Position numbers and translations under genes: made by a program
The notes under the pieces: model-generated
What the model was told of the DNA's origin: nothing
Database searches by the model: none
The model's input: the letters and a program-made list of their open reading frames with translations, nothing else
Shown here: positions 9,419 through 18,676 of the stretch, piece by piece
Numbering within the stretch: position 1 is the stretch's first letter
How the letters are laid out: the number at the start of each line of letters is the position of its first letter
Source: a virus
Virus record (IMG/VR): IMGVR_UViG_3300044769_000038
Strand: one strand, 5' to 3'
Length of the DNA: 47,126 nt

Positions 9419-11260
9419 ATGCTAGACCACGAACCCATCACAATTCGTCAGTTCCTCGGCACGTTTGACCGGGGTGACGATGAGTCTGTCCCGCCGGGAT
9501 ACTTCAGGGACTCCCGTAACGTTCGTTTCATGACGAACGCGGTGGAGACTCGTGAGGGGAGTAGTGTCGACCTCGACAAGTCGAACATTCGTCGCATGGC
9601 AATCTACAAGAGGTTGGGGGAGGCCCAGCGCCTGTTGCTGCTAGACACGAGCGGGAACTTGTGGGACTCAGTTAACATGGGTGCCCCCATCCTCTCTATC
9701 GTTGCCATGACGGACTTTTCGATGGAGACGATGTTTAATCGCGCTTACATCACTCCACACAACGGTGTAACCGGCTTGCCGGGAGAACGTGTCTATGTTT
9801 ATGAAGGTTCCGGATTGGCACGACCCGCGGGTGGGAACGCTCCAAGTGGTTTTGTACTCGGACTTGCAGATTCTACGGATTCGGGAAACTGTGAACCCGG
9901 TTCGCACGTGTTCGCGGTATGCAACGAGTCCATTACTGGTTACTTGTCTAAACCGGGTGGATTCGCTGCGTTCTCGCCAGTTGGTGAGAAAAAGCTAGAC
10001 GTCTCAAACATTCAGCCCGGACCAACCGGAACGGTAGCGCGTGTCCTCGTCGCCACTAAGATGATTGAGGACTACGCGGGCGACTACCAGAATCAGGAGT
10101 ATTTCTTTGTCCCCCTCGGACGACTCGCCGGAAACGTTGCGACAACCCTTACCGTTTCCTTCTTCGACGCAGACCTACAAGCCTCAGCTGATTTCCTCCT
10201 TGACCAGCTCGGAGAGATTCCAGCTGGCGTGTGTATCCGTAATTATCGAGGACGCCTTTGCGTCGGTGGAGAGAATCTTAACCCGGCTATCGTTAGAGTC
10301 TCCAACCCAGGAAATCCTGAATCACATGATGCAGTTGAAGGCTTTGTTACGGTTAATCCAGGGGATTCCGGAGGAGGAGTAACGAACCTCGCGACGTATA
10401 GGACGCAGCTTATCTGTTTCAAGGACGAGCGCACTTACGTCACGATGGATAACACCTTCAACCCAGCTTTCTGGAAGGTTGATGACATTGACCCCTCAAT
10501 GGGATGCTCTTGTCATGCGTTGGGCAAGATTCGAGACTTTGGGGATGGCACGGAAGATAGACTTTTCGTCGCTAATCGTCAAGGACTTCAGCTTTTCACG
10601 GGCACCTTCTCCGATGCCGTGGTCAGCTACGACATCGATACGCTCTGGAACAGAATCAACAAGAAATACTTCCACACCGTCGAAGTAGTGGTTGACCCAT
10701 ATGCCTACCTCGTTTATTGCGCTGTTCCCCTGGGGGCTGCTACTTCTCCTGATTATCTTTTCGTGGGTGATTATCAGGAAGGTATGGACAAAATAAAGTG
10801 GACCACTTGGTCATATCCTACTTTCCCGACGACCGTCGTCGTTGATCTCGACGAGGCTAAGAAAGAGGGAGTGTTCAAGTTCGGTTCGCTGAACGGGAAG
10901 ATTTACAAGTCCGACCTCACGCGCACAGACGACAATAACGTCGCAATCGCCTCCTATGTGCAGTTCGGCCACATGCCGACGGAGGACGATGAGCGAGTTT
11001 GGCACTTCACGGGAACTCGCATCAGGTGCAAGGGTGTAGGGGTTCTCGACATCATGGTAACAGGTGAGGACGGGGTGCTGACACAGTTTCCCGCCTCCCT
11101 GTTGCTATCTCTCGCACCAGGCCGGGGATTGTTCAGGGGGTTCAATTTCGTCAACGAACGTGCAAGCGTGAAGTTTGGCGTGGATGGGTTCGGGGAGAAG
11201 TTCAGGCTGACAAAGTATTGTCTCTATGGCTCCGTCGAATGGGAAACGAGGCCTGAGTAG
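9419..11260 (+). CDS. Large tail structural protein (putative)
   Basis: 613-aa ORF between small connector-like genes and the fibre genes. No diagnostic motif recognised. Confidence 0.45.
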   Translation: MLDHEPITIRQFLGTFDRGDDESVPPGYFRDSRNVRFMTNAVETREGSSVDLDKSNIRRMAIYKRLGEAQRLLLLDTSGNLWDSVNMGAPILSIVAMTDFSMETMFNRAYITPHNGVTGLPGERVYVYEGSGLARPAGGNAPSGFVLGLADSTDSGNCEPGSHVFAVCNESITGYLSKPGGFAAFSPVGEKKLDVSNIQPGPTGTVARVLVATKMIEDYAGDYQNQEYFFVPLGRLAGNVATTLTVSFFDADLQASADFLLDQLGEIPAGVCIRNYRGRLCVGGENLNPAIVRVSNPGNPESHDAVEGFVTVNPGDSGGGVTNLATYRTQLICFKDERTYVTMDNTFNPAFWKVDDIDPSMGCSCHALGKIRDFGDGTEDRLFVANRQGLQLFTGTFSDAVVSYDIDTLWNRINKKYFHTVEVVVDPYAYLVYCAVPLGAATSPDYLFVGDYQEGMDKIKWTTWSYPTFPTTVVVDLDEAKKEGVFKFGSLNGKIYKSDLTRTDDNNVAIASYVQFGHMPTEDDERVWHFTGTRIRCKGVGVLDIMVTGEDGVLTQFPASLLLSLAPGRGLFRGFNFVNERASVKFGVDGFGEKFRLTKYCLYGSVEWETRPE

Positions 11261-12786
11261 TGCCTAATCAGGATATCACGACCCTCATAGCAGGGCTTCA
11301 GATAGATGACCCGAAACTCTATCAAGCCTTGATGCTACTGAACGAGCGGATGTTGACGGTCGAAAACGACCTCTTTCCACTCGTTCGTCAATCTGAGGAG
11401 GCTGAGCTTCCTGAGTTACCCGTTCCAGCACCAGCGACGTTCACGTTCATTTTTGAGCCACTCAGCGTCGAGTTGAGATGGGCACCAGTTGACGGAGCTA
11501 CCATATATGAGGTTCGCAAGGGGACCGCCTGGGATACAGCATTCTTTCAGTTGCGGACAACTTCGCTACAGGCGGATATTTCGCCGTTGCCAGTTGGTTC
11601 GCATACGTTCCTGCTCAAGAGTGTGACTCCCGGTAACAGTTACTCTCTCGACTTTATCTCACTTGTCATCGACGTTCCACAGCTGGGAACACCAGTTCTA
11701 AGCGCCCGCACAATTGATAACAATGCACTCCTTAGCTGGAACATTCCGACTTCCGTATTCGCCATTAGTTACTACAACTTCTGGAAGAACGGTGGTCTCG
11801 TTGGTATCGTTCGTGGTAACTTCACGACATACTTTGAGATGGTCGGTGGCACTTTTCTCTATGGTATTTCGGCTGTAGACGTAGCTGGAAATGAATCGGC
11901 TCGTGGCGAGATCCCGGTAGTTCTGGCGATACCTCCAGACTTCGTGCTGGAGAGTATCTACGTCAGTAACTTGGGTATGCTTGACGCCCAAGCTCACGGT
12001 ATCTACATCGAGAAGGCTGGAAGCGTAAATCCGACTAATTTCATCTTCGAGAATCAGTCAGGCTTTACCACTGATCCGACGCACATCTATCTCGCGCTGA
12101 TTCAGACGAGTTCGACGCTTGTCAACTGTGTCCGTGAGCCTGGGCCGCGTTTGTTAGCTTGCTGGCTCATCACTAACTGGCAACAGCACTTTACGAATCG
12201 TTCATGGATTAGCCCGAAGAATCAGGTTGATGCTGGCTATCCAATTTATATCCAGCCGGGAGCACTGACGGGTAGCTATGAGGAGATTGTCAACTACGGG
12301 GCAATCTTCCCGAACGTAATCGCGACAATCTCATGGAGCACTCAGCCTATCGTTGGTAGTGTAGCCGTTAGAGTTTTAATGGCCGCATCGACAGATGGTG
12401 TGACATACGGACCAATGCTCGCGGGAGCTTCACAGTTCTTCGCAAGCATCAGGTTCTTGAAGTTTAAGTTGGAGTTCACTGGTGAGGATGACCATGCCCT
12501 CGCAGAGTTCTTTAATGTAACTATTTCGCTGAACGTGAAGAAAGAGTTGGACTCAGGTCTTGTCACCGCAAACGCTGGTGACATTACTGGCACGACAGTC
12601 CCGTTCAACAAGAAATTCAAGGACGTAGAATCGATTACCCTGACAGTCGAAGCGAAAGAGCCGATAACGGCCATTTACGACTTCAATGACATAGCTAATC
12701 CTGTGTCGTTCAAAGTCTTCGCACTCGATTCTACAGGAAATAGAGTTACGTATCCGGTGAGCTGGAAAGCTCGGGGGATAGTCTAA
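11260..12786 (+). CDS. Tail fibre / host-recognition protein with FN3-like module (putative)
   Basis: GTG start overlaps the previous stop. The segment FEPLSVELRWAPVDGATIYEVRKG resembles a fibronectin type III module. Lies in the fibre-cluster position. Confidence 0.5.
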   Translation: MPNQDITTLIAGLQIDDPKLYQALMLLNERMLTVENDLFPLVRQSEEAELPELPVPAPATFTFIFEPLSVELRWAPVDGATIYEVRKGTAWDTAFFQLRTTSLQADISPLPVGSHTFLLKSVTPGNSYSLDFISLVIDVPQLGTPVLSARTIDNNALLSWNIPTSVFAISYYNFWKNGGLVGIVRGNFTTYFEMVGGTFLYGISAVDVAGNESARGEIPVVLAIPPDFVLESIYVSNLGMLDAQAHGIYIEKAGSVNPTNFIFENQSGFTTDPTHIYLALIQTSSTLVNCVREPGPRLLACWLITNWQQHFTNRSWISPKNQVDAGYPIYIQPGALTGSYEEIVNYGAIFPNVIATISWSTQPIVGSVAVRVLMAASTDGVTYGPMLAGASQFFASIRFLKFKLEFTGEDDHALAEFFNVTISLNVKKELDSGLVTANAGDITGTTVPFNKKFKDVESITLTVEAKEPITAIYDFNDIANPVSFKVFALDSTGNRVTYPVSWKARGIV

Positions 12787-13484
12787 TGTGGCAACGGTGG
12801 AACGGAACCTCTCACGTCTTTGAAAAGTCTGATGACAACGGGTCATCATGGGCACCATTGCCGCTAAATGCTAATACTATCACCGAGGGACTTCTCCCAG
12901 ATGGCAGGCTCTCAGGTAATGTTGCTATGCGTAATGCAAGCAACATCTTTACTGCTGGTCCACAACTTATTAATCCCACCGCAGTAGGCGCAGCCTATAT
13001 TGGTTTGCAAGTTGCTGGTTCAACTTGTGGCTTGTTAGGTGTATCAGGTGCTTTGCTAGGTAATGCTAATACAGATATAATGATGCTAGCGGAGACTGGC
13101 AAGCACATATCTTTTGTTGTTAATGGTAATCCTACATTTGTAGCTCTTGCTATTGGTCTTGATAGTGTAGTCACAATGCGAGCTGGTATAGCAACAAAAA
13201 GGGGGTCAGTTTCCGCTGGACATACAACTATTACCACCCTTTTTGCTTGTGAAGCCACAGACCAAGTTGCATTATATTTTGTGCGTGCTGGTATTGGAAC
13301 ATCTAGTCAAGATGCAAATAACTATGCTGCTTTCGCGACTATCGCAGTAGAGGGAGCCTCAGCTAGGATAGTCGCAAACAACACTTCGACAGTCAGTATC
13401 TCACTTTCAGGACTAACTGTTCAAGCACAGCAATCTTCAGGCTCAACCTCAAATATCAAGTGGGTTGCTCTTAAAATAGTCTAG
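12786..13484 (+). CDS. Tail fibre protein with compositionally distinct C-terminal domain
   Basis: The N-terminal NANTITEGLLPDGRLSGNVAMRNASNIFT is a fibre-type motif. The DNA turns markedly AT-richer from about 12990. TAATG coupling to the previous gene. Confidence 0.6.
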   Translation: MWQRWNGTSHVFEKSDDNGSSWAPLPLNANTITEGLLPDGRLSGNVAMRNASNIFTAGPQLINPTAVGAAYIGLQVAGSTCGLLGVSGALLGNANTDIMMLAETGKHISFVVNGNPTFVALAIGLDSVVTMRAGIATKRGSVSAGHTTITTLFACEATDQVALYFVRAGIGTSSQDANNYAAFATIAVEGASARIVANNTSTVSISLSGLTVQAQQSSGSTSNIKWVALKIV

Positions 13485-13491
13485 GGGCATT

Positions 13492-13851
13492 ATGGCAAAT
13501 AACTCTGCATCACAACAGGCACTCGCGGACGATTCCACATTTCGCCTTCGGGTGAAGGATGCCTTCAGTCAGGTAGCATGGGAAGTCATCAATGAAGCTG
13601 ATGATGTTCCACATCATATGCAGAGGGAGGAGTATGCACGTCGAACTGTGCTGCTTAATCTCGATGCAGTAACTACACAGACAGCACCATGGCTCGTGAA
13701 CCGAACCAACATTATTGCCTTCGAGACTTCATATAGCTTCGAGGGTCGAGCAGTCATCACGGCAGCGGGGGATGCTGATATTCGCGCCCAGCTCCTCGCC
13801 GATTGGGACATTATGGCAGGCGTCGAAGAGATTCCAACGATCAACCCATGA
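13492..13851 (+). CDS. Hypothetical protein (fibre cluster)
   Basis: 119-aa ORF. Its stop overlaps the next ATG (ATGA). Confidence 0.5.
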   Translation: MANNSASQQALADDSTFRLRVKDAFSQVAWEVINEADDVPHHMQREEYARRTVLLNLDAVTTQTAPWLVNRTNIIAFETSYSFEGRAVITAAGDADIRAQLLADWDIMAGVEEIPTINP

Positions 13852-14048
13852 ACAACAACCAACTCGAAACAAGCTCAGCTGAACTCTTTGCTCTTATTGG
13901 AGAGCGTGAGTTCATAAAGTATAGGCAGGGACTTGAAATCCAAAAACTCTATACTCAAGTTGAAGAGATGAGTCATGAAATTAGCCGACTTAAAGCAGAA
14001 CTACAGGAAACTAAGGGTGCTGAGATTCTAGATATAAAGCGAGGCTAA
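13848..14048 (+). CDS. Hypothetical small coiled-coil protein
   Basis: An internal ATG at 13848 gives an ATGA overlap with the upstream stop. 66 aa, helical (EIQKLYTQVEEMSHEISRLKAELQE). Confidence 0.45.
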   Translation: MNNNQLETSSAELFALIGEREFIKYRQGLEIQKLYTQVEEMSHEISRLKAELQETKGAEILDIKRG

Positions 14049-14049
14049 G

Positions 14050-14526
14050 TTGGCTAACTGGTCAAATCCCACGATTACGACGCAGTATGACGTCTTCGTC
14101 AACGAGGCGAAGGAACGTGACGTTGATGCTGCAACGATGTTCTTAAATATCCCTTCAAATCCTCCGATTGGGGGAATTAGATTGGGACGTTTAGGTAGTC
14201 GCATGTTCAGATTACAGGAGTGGGATGTTCCAGGACAGTTCTGGGATTTATACCTTCACGTATCAGGTGGGGGAACGGGCGCAAGTGAACCAGTCGGGGC
14301 GCGAGCTAATCTTGGTATTGGCACGATGGGTGTGCAGAACTCGAATGCTGTCGCGATCACAGGGGGAACTGTTAATAATATTACAAGTTTTTCATTAAGC
14401 ACCTCTATCGTATTCAATGCAGGAGCAGCCTATGACCTCGGGAGCAATGGTGCGAGAGCACGGCGTGGTTATTTCGCAGATGCACTCGTGCTCCCCGCTG
14501 GTGTCGACAAGTTTGCCACGAGCTAA
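14050..14526 (+). CDS. Tail fibre protein, short form (putative)
   Basis: TTG start. The ANWSNPTITTQYDVFVNEAKERD N-terminus and the segment GGGTGASEPVGARANLGIGTMGVQNSNAVAITGGTV are typical of phage fibre proteins. Confidence 0.55.
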   Translation: MANWSNPTITTQYDVFVNEAKERDVDAATMFLNIPSNPPIGGIRLGRLGSRMFRLQEWDVPGQFWDLYLHVSGGGTGASEPVGARANLGIGTMGVQNSNAVAITGGTVNNITSFSLSTSIVFNAGAAYDLGSNGARARRGYFADALVLPAGVDKFATS

Positions 14527-15539
14527 TGGCTAAGATTGCTGGCTCAACGTGGATTGAGGGTAGTGAGCTACACTACGTCGATAGCTCCGGTGTAGAGTGG
14601 TATTATCCTGCGACTCCGTGGGGTGGTGCGAATGTTGGTGTCGTGGGTTCAGTATGGGTTGAGGGTAATGATCTTCACTTCATCGCTGAGAACACATCGG
14701 AATACTATATCCCCGGAACTGACCGAGGATTCAAGGTTGGCTCAATCTCAGGCTCAGCGTGGATTGAGGCTAATCTCTTTAGTTGGATTGCCGTCAATCA
14801 AAACAAGTTTCAGGCCCATACTGACGTAGCTCACGTGGATGGCATCGGGACTCCGCATACCGATACACACACGGACACGCACGCTGACGGGCCTCATAGC
14901 GACACGCCGCATCAGGACGTAGCTCATAACGATTGGTATGATAACATCGCTCATCAGGACACTCACAGTGACGTGCCGCATGGGGATAATCCTCATACCG
15001 ATTGGCATGATGATGTGGGCCATAACGATACTCATAGTGATACGGGTCACAGTGATAGTCATGACGATGTTCCACACAGTGACTGGCATAATGATGGTGC
15101 CTACAGCATAAACGATGTTGGACAGCATTTTGATGGTCACTTTGACCAGACAAATACGAATCCATCAAGTCCACAGCATAATGATGCTCATTACGATCAC
15201 AATGATGGTAATAATAGCCCAACGGGTCATTATGACATTCATTATGATGAGCATTCTGATACGCACAGTGATACGCACAGCGATACAGCTCACGCAGATA
15301 CGCATACGGACCAGGCTCACAATGACAATCATGGGGATGGCAGCCCACATAGCGACTCAGCGCATGGTGATGCTCACACTGACCGACCGCATGAGGATGC
15401 TCACTTCGACTCAGGGCATGGGGATGCTGGCCATACCGATTCGGCCCACGTGGATACACATGACGACACGCACGTAGATGTCCCGGCGACGCACTCGGAC
15501 GTAACTCACAACGACTTTCCCGTATACGTAGGTCCTTAA
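14526..15539 (+). CDS. His-Xaa-Asp repeat protein (N-terminal triple GSxW[IV]E repeat plus ~235-aa HxD array), candidate substrate of the downstream radical SAM enzyme
   Basis: TAATG coupling at both ends. I count about 45 H-x-D triplets by eye (HTDTHTDTHADGPHSDTPHQDVAHND...). There is no Cys in the array. Confidence 0.75.
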   Translation: MAKIAGSTWIEGSELHYVDSSGVEWYYPATPWGGANVGVVGSVWVEGNDLHFIAENTSEYYIPGTDRGFKVGSISGSAWIEANLFSWIAVNQNKFQAHTDVAHVDGIGTPHTDTHTDTHADGPHSDTPHQDVAHNDWYDNIAHQDTHSDVPHGDNPHTDWHDDVGHNDTHSDTGHSDSHDDVPHSDWHNDGAYSINDVGQHFDGHFDQTNTNPSSPQHNDAHYDHNDGNNSPTGHYDIHYDEHSDTHSDTHSDTAHADTHTDQAHNDNHGDGSPHSDSAHGDAHTDRPHEDAHFDSGHGDAGHTDSAHVDTHDDTHVDVPATHSDVTHNDFPVYVGP

Positions 15540-16732
15540 TGTCGATAGAATACTTGCCCGTTGGTATCGCCTGCAATCTGCAATGTGGTTACTGTTATCA
15601 GGACCCCATGCGGAATGCTGGCAATATCAGTGTGCCACGTGACTGGCCTAAAGCCAAGGCGCAGCTTCTCAAAGAGGGAAGCGATTTCGCTCTATTCGGC
15701 GGTGAGCCATTGCTCGCACCCATCGAGCACATCGAGGAGGTTCTGAAGTTTGGGCTCGAATCTTTCGGACGCAATGGTATTCAAACCAACGGTAGTCTCA
15801 TCACTGACGAGCACGTTGCGCTCTTTAAGCGATACCGTGTTGGTGTTGGTATTAGTGTGGATGGCCCTGGAGAGCTTAATGATGTTCGTCAGATGGGCAG
15901 CGAAACGGGAGTTGCAACAGCGAGAACAGAGCGGGCAATCAAAAAGCTCTGTGACGCAGGAATCCCGCCAAGTCTAATCGTTACTCTACACGATTGGAAC
16001 GCCGGGACAACCCGTGCGCTCCGTCAGATGACTAATTGGTTGACCGACCTAAGCAAGCATGGCATTCGACATGTAAACCTGCACGCCTTGGAAGTGGAGA
16101 AATGTCATACTGGTCTGGGAATGTCGCAAGCCAAGACCATTGATGCGTTCACTCACTTCTACGATTACTGGCGGACGAGCAGCCTCGAAATCATGCCGTT
16201 CAGCGACATCGTGAAGCTCTTGACTGAGCAGCAACCGCGTGTTTCGTGCGTCTGGAATAACTGTGACCCGCTCACTACCGCAGCAGTTCGAGGAGTTGGC
16301 CCCGACGGAGTTCAGAGCAACTGCGGTCGAACCAATAAGGACGGCATCAACTGGGTCAAAGCTGACTCACCTGGTCAGGAAAGGTATCTAATACTCCAGC
16401 AGATACCACAAGATCTTGGGGGTTGTAAGGACTGCCGCTACCTTACCTTGTGTAAGGGTCAGTGCCCTGGAACTGCGATCGATGGTGATTGGAGAAACCG
16501 AACAGCTGACTGCCAGCTATGGTATCATCTTTTCACCATCATCGAGAAGGACTTAGGCTCGAAGGTTCGCCCGTTCGCTCATGAGAAAGTCTTTCAAGAT
16601 TCGGCTACTCATGGCGACAGCGCGCACGGAGATGTAAATCACGGAGATAGTCACGGCGATGTCCCTCATGGTGATGGGCATGGCGATTCCGATGCGAGAG
16701 GAGTTCCCGTCACATGGAAAGACTTACGATAG
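15539..16732 (+). CDS. Radical SAM / SPASM-domain protein-modifying enzyme with C-terminal HGD repeat tail
   Basis: CNLQCGYC (CX3CX2C), GGEPLL, and a SPASM signature (GVQSNC ... CKDCRYLTLCKGQC = CX2CX5CX3C ... ADC). The tail reads HGDSAHGDVNHGDSHGDVPHGDGHGDSD. Confidence 0.85.
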   Translation: MSIEYLPVGIACNLQCGYCYQDPMRNAGNISVPRDWPKAKAQLLKEGSDFALFGGEPLLAPIEHIEEVLKFGLESFGRNGIQTNGSLITDEHVALFKRYRVGVGISVDGPGELNDVRQMGSETGVATARTERAIKKLCDAGIPPSLIVTLHDWNAGTTRALRQMTNWLTDLSKHGIRHVNLHALEVEKCHTGLGMSQAKTIDAFTHFYDYWRTSSLEIMPFSDIVKLLTEQQPRVSCVWNNCDPLTTAAVRGVGPDGVQSNCGRTNKDGINWVKADSPGQERYLILQQIPQDLGGCKDCRYLTLCKGQCPGTAIDGDWRNRTADCQLWYHLFTIIEKDLGSKVRPFAHEKVFQDSATHGDSAHGDVNHGDSHGDVPHGDGHGDSDARGVPVTWKDLR

Positions 16733-18135
16733 ACCTTCCAGAGTTCATGCGAACTATCTGGGTTAGCGAGCAAGCGAGAACTACCTGGGAACATAGGTTT
16801 CAGCAGATTAGCAGAAGTTGGGAGTCAATCGAAAGGCTCTCAGTTCCTAGCCTTAGGGCTGCGGCTTTACAGGTGGTAACGCCTGAGAATCTACCTGAAC
16901 TCTCAGAGGAAGTTGCGAAGAGAGGTCTGGTAGCTTTTCCTCTTGCGCGTCAGGGCACTTCAAACGCTGGTTATCAGAACGCGACGACCGAGATGAGACC
17001 GGGTGGACCGTGGAACTATCGGGTGGTCATCACTAGACCTGAATATATTCCAGGGTTCGTCGAAGCGTGGCGCGCGCAAGACAACGACGCTATCGGGGCG
17101 TTTCTCGGCTTTCCCGAATGCTGCCGTAACTTCTACGAGTGGTCATGGGTGAAACAGGGCTGGCGTGACGTAGCAATAACCGGCACCGTAGGCGAGGATG
17201 GTATAGACTTGACTGCTATGCTACCTGAGCTTCACACGGTGGGCTACTACCAGAACAACGTGTTCTTGAGACAGCTCGGTGTTCGACTCGTCTCGCATCT
17301 TCCATGTTCACTTGCGTGTTCCGTATCGCAAGACGTGGGCAAGGCTAACGAGAAACTGGCTATCAAGCTCGGTTATCTCAAGGAAATGGAATGGTCGCGC
17401 GAGATTCTTGACTGGCCGTTGAAATGGTCATCACTACATGGTGTTGCGATTGTCACTACTCCGGTGGTAAAGGTTGTATACAACACCGACGCACTCTCGG
17501 AGAAGGTTGAGATACTGAAAGACGGAGATAGGTATCCAGCCGAGGGCGGAAGGGGCGACTTTCCTTTCCGGAAAAGTGTTCATGTGGTGAACAGTTCAAG
17601 GGATAACGGATTTTCAAGTCAAGATGCTATGCTAAACGCACACGCGATGATCGTTCAGGGTGTCATGTCATTGAACATCCCTGAGGGGGCTAAAATCGTT
17701 GACTTGGGGTGTGGTGATGGCCAGTTACTCGAGACCATCTCTGACGTGGTCAAGGTGGTCCCAATCGGTGTGGAATCGGACAAGAAGAGATTCGAAAAGG
17801 CATCGGCGCGTCTCGTCGGAAGAGCACATCAGCTGTGTCACGCTGATCTGTTTGCTTTCTGGGATGGTGATAGCCAATATTTTCTTGGCCTTGTATCAAT
17901 CAATCGACTGGCTGAAGCAAGCGCCGACAAGGCAAAGGACCTTCTTAGAAGATTGAAGCTACACTGTGAGCACGTGATCTTCTATAGCTACGTGTCAGAC
18001 AAATGGCCCGGTTTTCCTGGAATGACGAACGGCTTCGTCGTCGAGAAATTCCTGACTGGTCCAAACTCGTGTGCTGCGCTCATGCGTCCCGTAAACGTCG
18101 AGATCGTAAAGGAAACCGAATATGAAGCCAATTAA
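16714..18135 (+). CDS. Fusion of a Cys-containing domain of unknown function with a class I SAM-dependent methyltransferase
   Basis: Overlaps the rSAM gene by 19 nt. The N-terminal ~300 aa contain FLGFPECCRNFY and SHLPCSLAC. The C-terminal part has methyltransferase motif I, KIVDLGCGDGQLLE. An alternative ATG lies at 16747. Confidence 0.65.
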   Translation: MERLTIDLPEFMRTIWVSEQARTTWEHRFQQISRSWESIERLSVPSLRAAALQVVTPENLPELSEEVAKRGLVAFPLARQGTSNAGYQNATTEMRPGGPWNYRVVITRPEYIPGFVEAWRAQDNDAIGAFLGFPECCRNFYEWSWVKQGWRDVAITGTVGEDGIDLTAMLPELHTVGYYQNNVFLRQLGVRLVSHLPCSLACSVSQDVGKANEKLAIKLGYLKEMEWSREILDWPLKWSSLHGVAIVTTPVVKVVYNTDALSEKVEILKDGDRYPAEGGRGDFPFRKSVHVVNSSRDNGFSSQDAMLNAHAMIVQGVMSLNIPEGAKIVDLGCGDGQLLETISDVVKVVPIGVESDKKRFEKASARLVGRAHQLCHADLFAFWDGDSQYFLGLVSINRLAEASADKAKDLLRRLKLHCEHVIFYSYVSDKWPGFPGMTNGFVVEKFLTGPNSCAALMRPVNVEIVKETEYEAN

Positions 18136-18676
18136 CAAGTGGGCAATCGTTGGGCTGCTGTTGTTCGTCAGCGCGTGCGAGTATAACCTCGGACCAACGA
18201 CGAACATCAACAGCACCAACACCAACACGAACACAAACACGAACAACACCGACATTCACGACCTGGTCAACTTTGCACCAGTCGCGAATCCATCGGCACC
18301 GTTACCAGTTCCAGGTGGTGGCACGGAAGTCCCACTTCCGATTCCGACGGGTGCTCAGAACACCGCGACGACCTACGCAACGAACAATGCTGCGTTGCTG
18401 GCTCGCTCATGTCAGGACCTATATGGCGAGAGTGCATGGGCATTTCTCGATGGAATGGTCAAGACACTCTCTGCGACGGACCCACGATGGGGTTACGTCG
18501 TCAAGTCGAACACTGGAACAATCAGCCGAGACGTGATTGCCTATCGCGCGACTTCCAGCAACCGGGGTGCATGGGGAGTCGATGTCATAGTTGACCATTG
18601 CGGCACATCATCATCGTTTGCCTGGAATGTGTTGGGACTCGACGCAAACCTACAGTGGTCGGCGACGCGGTTCTAG
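18122..18676 (+). CDS. Lipoprotein with Thr-Asn repeat linker
   Basis: Signal peptide plus lipobox (MKPINKWAIVGLLLFVSAC), then TNINSTNTNTNTNTNNT. Overlaps the previous gene by 14 nt. Confidence 0.7.
   Translation: MKPINKWAIVGLLLFVSACEYNLGPTTNINSTNTNTNTNTNNTDIHDLVNFAPVANPSAPLPVPGGGTEVPLPIPTGAQNTATTYATNNAALLARSCQDLYGESAWAFLDGMVKTLSATDPRWGYVVKSNTGTISRDVIAYRATSSNRGAWGVDVIVDHCGTSSSFAWNVLGLDANLQWSATRF

Noticed and set aside
14754-15576. Four additional long ORFs in other frames or on the other strand across the HxD gene (14754..15140, 14794..15576, 15115..15477, 15165..15350)
   Set aside because: The CAY/GAY-rich repeat DNA lacks stop codons in most frames. These ORFs encode His/Met/Ile/Arg low-complexity strings, have no coupling to neighbouring genes, and contradict the TAATG-coupled plus-strand chain.
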